A DNA stretch of 64,000 bases, from NCBI GenBank assembly GCA_051599415.1, contig AP039710.1, positions 62,001 through 126,000 of the forward strand, written 5' to 3'. Below, one piece after another: positions 61,801 through 64,000 of this stretch (position 1 is its first letter; the number at the start of each line of letters is the position of its first letter). The translations under genes were made by a program, and so were the position numbers. The notes beneath the pieces are model-generated. The model ran no database searches and was not told the origin of the DNA. It was given only the letters and a program-made list of their open reading frames with translations. The DNA is from Savitreella phatthalungensis (lineage: Eukaryota).

Positions 61801-64000
61801 GCAGTCGCCGGATCTTGCCTAGCTCTGCGGGCAGAGACTGGAGTTTGTTGGCGTTGAGGTGGAGGACGCGGAGGGGTTGCATCTCCTCAAAGTCATCTGC
61901 TGGGAGAGACGTGAGCTCATTGCCACTCAGGTAGAGCTCTACCAGATGTCCGAGTCTGCGAAGCGCACCTTCAGGCACCTCAAAGATGTCGTTGAATGAG
62001 AGGTTGAGCACTCGGAGTTCTTGCAGGAGGGAGACACTCTCGAAGCAGGCGTCGTCCAGACGGTTGTCACCGAGGTAGAGATATCTGAGAGTCTGTGCCA
62101 TGGTGTTTGACGAACGTGACGAGATCGAAGGGACGGATCCCTTACGTGCTGCGGCTGCGGCGTTGGTGGTGGCGCTGGCGACGAGGTTGCTGGTAGCCAT
62201 CATGTCAGGATCGATTGGAAGCTCTGTGGTCGGTGTGCCTGGACTCGACTGTTGGGGACCTTGACCTTGTCCTGAGAATGACTGACTGTGTTGCTGGACA
62301 GGAGGCTCTGGGAAGGCGGTGAGGAGGTTGGATGAGGCGTTGAGTGAGACGAGTCCGTGAATGAGCCAGACCGAGGGTGGAAGCGACTTGATGTTGTTGG
62401 AATGGACGTCAAGGAATCGAAGGTTGCCAACTTGGCCAATCTCGTCAGGCAGGGTCGTGAGCTGGTTGTTCTTGCAGGAGAGGTGCTGAAGCTTTGTGAG
62501 CTTGGCGATCTGAGGTGGTAGGTAGGTCAGATGGTTGTCGTCGAGGACGAGCTTGACAAGGTTTTTCAGCTGATCAAACATCTCGTCTGCGAACGATGGG
62601 AGCTTGGCCATCGAGAGGTCGAGCGACGTCAGTGCTTCTCCTGTCGTGAGCAGGGAGAACTTTGTGACTGGACACTTGTCGAGCATGAATAGCTTGGCCT
62701 TCGGGAAGGCTGCTTCGACGACGGTGATAGCGTTGTGACCTGCACTGATGCTTTCTAGGAGTGGCAACTCGGTGAGGATGTCGAGCGTTGTGAGCTGATT
62801 GAAACGTACATCGATCTCTCTTAGCGATTGGAGTTCTCTGAAGGCTCTTGGGAGTGAGCCGATGACCCTGTTGTTGTTGATCAGGAGACGCTGAAGCTTG
62901 GTGAGTCGACCGATGTCGTTCGGGATGGCTGTGATGCGGTTGAAGGAGACGTCGAGGTCTTCGAGGTTGATGAGCTCGCACAGTTCCTTGGGGAAGACCT
63001 TGAAGTCGTTGGAGGACATGTTGATGCGGCGAAGGGAGGTCATGGCTGCAAGGGAGGCAGGTAGCTTCGATAGCCTGTTGTTACGAATGATGAGGGTGAC
63101 GAGGTTTGCGAGGTCGCTCATGGAGTCATGGAGCTCTACCATCTTGTTGAATGAGCAGTCGAGGAAGACGAGTGACTTGGCTGCGACGATGTTTGTCTGG
63201 ACCTTTGAGAGTTCATTGTGTGTTGAGACGATAGACTCTAGGGCTGGACAGCTCTGGATGAAGTCGATGGGGATGTCGAGTGAGAGGTTGCGAGAGAGGT
63301 CTAGCGACTTGATCTTGCCAGCGTGCTTGTACAGGACGACTGGGATGGTCTGGAGATTTCGTCCACTGAGATCGAAGTGCTCGACCACGGTGTTCTCGCC
63401 ACCGTTCTCACGCTCGACGTCTGCGTCAGAGTAGTCGCCGATCGAGATGGTGCTGAAGATGAATCGACACAGGTACGAGTTGTCCTCTCGTCCGAGCTCT
63501 TCTAGCTTGTCTTCCTGCTTGTACCCAGCTTGCTCGAGTAGGGCCTTTTGTATGTGGAAGGGCCGCTCGTGTGACTGGAGGACTCGGCTGAGTCCGTTAC
63601 GCTGTATGGCGATCTGGTAGTTTGCTACTGATGGCAGGAAGAACTTGCGTGCAAGGACGGCCATGAGTCCTTCGGTGGTGATGTTCATGCCGCAGGCGAC
63701 TGTGGCGAATGTCCAGTCTCCTCGGTAGATGCGCATCTGGTGGATAGGTCCACGACGTGCGGCAAGCGCTGCTGCGTCCATCGGCACCTCCGACTTTGTC
63801 GACTCTCTGCGTTGCTGCGAGGTCGTTGCTGGCATGATTGCGTTCGATAGGTTGGGCGGGAACGAGGATTCCTGGTGAACCCCTTCCTGGTGTGCGCCTG
63901 CTACTTCCTCGAGCGGGTCTGTCTCTGCGAGGATGGCGTCGGCTGTTCGGGATGGGTCTTCGACCTTTCGAACTGCCCATGACTCAGGCGGCGCCCAGGC
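58868..64000 (-). CDS. CYR1: Adenylate cyclase (G-alpha-binding motif, RA, LRR, PP2C-like, catalytic and CAP-binding regions); 5' end outside window
   Basis: Frame is open to the window edge (AWAPPESWAV). RA domain (RIYR.D.TFAT, GREDNSYLCRF), LRRs, NWPYDWNWNWN, FTDIKNST.LWE, GYEVKTEGDAFMV and RMDYFGPMVNRAARI. Confidence 0.97.
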   Translation of the reverse strand, partial: AWAPPESWAVRKVEDPSRTADAILAETDPLEEVAGAHQEGVHQESSFPPNLSNAIMPATTSQQRRESTKSEVPMDAAALAARRGPIHQMRIYRGDWTFATVACGMNITTEGLMAVLARKFFLPSVANYQIAIQRNGLSRVLQSHERPFHIQKALLEQAGYKQEDKLEELGREDNSYLCRFIFSTISIGDYSDADVERENGGENTVVEHFDLSGRNLQTIPVVLYKHAGKIKSLDLSRNLSLDIPIDFIQSCPALESIVSTHNELSKVQTNIVAAKSLVFLDCSFNKMVELHDSMSDLANLVTLIIRNNRLSKLPASLAAMTSLRRINMSSNDFKVFPKELCELINLEDLDVSFNRITAIPNDIGRLTKLQRLLINNNRVIGSLPRAFRELQSLREIDVRFNQLTTLDILTELPLLESISAGHNAITVVEAAFPKAKLFMLDKCPVTKFSLLTTGEALTSLDLSMAKLPSFADEMFDQLKNLVKLVLDDNHLTYLPPQIAKLTKLQHLSCKNNQLTTLPDEIGQVGNLRFLDVHSNNIKSLPPSVWLIHGLVSLNASSNLLTAFPEPPVQQHSQSFSGQGQGPQQSSPGTPTTELPIDPDMMATSNLVASATTNAAAAARKGSVPSISSRSSNTMAQTLRYLYLGDNRLDDACFESVSLLQELRVLNLSFNDIFEVPEGALRRLGHLVELYLSGNELTSLPADDFEEMQPLRVLHLNANKLQSLPAELGKIRRLLVLDVGSNALKYNTANWPYDWNWNWNLDLKYLNLSGNKRLEIKPSNNQTVRDRNLSDFAALTKLRVLGLMDITLGIDSLPEETHDRRVRLSGTDISNMSYGQSDTLGRHDHLSTIDMVVPRFGGREEETIFAMFDGSEVADTGSKVAKHLQDFFAEHLAIELKRLRSTEDVKTAMRRAFLAFNKELGIQVTPSPVKKDLASGSLSLLQRPSIVSQLSGHAGPNSGVPQTAAHILGPQDRQEGAAVCLVYLVGKRAYVANTGDAVAVLSRADGSAKMLSVKHNAGDAKEVARIREAGGYVSRDGLVDDQLDVTRSIGYFHLAPLVQAAPHVELVDLTEEDEFIIMATKNLWEVMSLQTAVDIARGHHDDLMLAAQKLRDFAISYGAQGKISVMVLGVGDLFHRKSKLARARNASAARSGLGGLSAAGLPLTADIDDGLITSHKSRRRVLAQDNNSGVADSTLARLQREVAPPVGEVAMVFTDIKNSTLLWESHPVAMQASIKIHNGIMRRQLRAIGGYEVKTEGDAFMVCFSTTLSALLWCFSVQTQLLAADWPQEILDSPDGREIREEGDVEAADKSAGTAAATAAAAATTKPVIYRGISVRMGIHWGAPVCEVDPITKRMDYFGPMVNRAARISAVADGGQITVSADVVRDVEVLEAIYRRETEDVGASEGGRTASDAGLDEALLATIRKEMQMLRRVGFGIAPIGERRLKGLENAEFISLAYPASLKGRITYAEKQRSKEGKKTAMAGAGVLDYRHIVDVYAVVFRLENLCAMVRGNRSAQHAGTMSSLRSKVASAYSADDDDDRLGMALLNLLTRVENALAALSLHYSHATQHALEATADLRMEEILQAIQLYKQLGYASSSALPAVTSPAAASGSGSVQALEGEVSPGSTSNASRHLPTRAPSSGNVPTTTSIANNQSMVVNSSASAAGTPNQPPPNTSTIDNDKQQLQPKPDDENLLVAEGDDVAQGYAMYE

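Overview
Gene-dense, very intron-poor ascomycete fungal chromosomal segment. Ssr4, Sde2, an Exg3/YBR056W-like GH5 and near-intronless genes suggest Taphrinomycotina (inference). About 29 protein genes, mostly housekeeping: GUP1 (partial), fused bioDA, HIBCH/EHD3-like, aquaglyceroporin, MIC26/27, SSR4, SCJ1, SHR3, RCR-like, TMEM70-like, an NDR kinase, HRT3/FBXO9, GH5, RecQ/SGS1, SDE2, LEU2, HEM14, Elongin A, DOP1, PUP1, WSS1-like, a bacterial-type peroxiredoxin and adenylate cyclase (partial). Most notable: (1) a ~2.6 kb tandem duplication of a secreted, putatively Kex2-processed protein whose Cys module and Thr-rich stalk are conserved while its C-terminal CBM-like head is strongly diverged, with a (GC)11 tract beside the TATA box of one copy only; (2) an aquaglyceroporin whose second NPA box reads SLC, behind a 5.2 kb ORF-poor region; (3) a spliced 78-aa gene missed by the ORF track; (4) CACGTG clusters in promoters; (5) alternating G/T- and C/A-rich blocks inside coding regions; (6) a weak telomerase-RNA/lncRNA candidate in a 3.7 kb gap. 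No tRNA, rRNA, CRISPR array or transposon was recognised. All family calls come from motif recognition by eye, not database searches.
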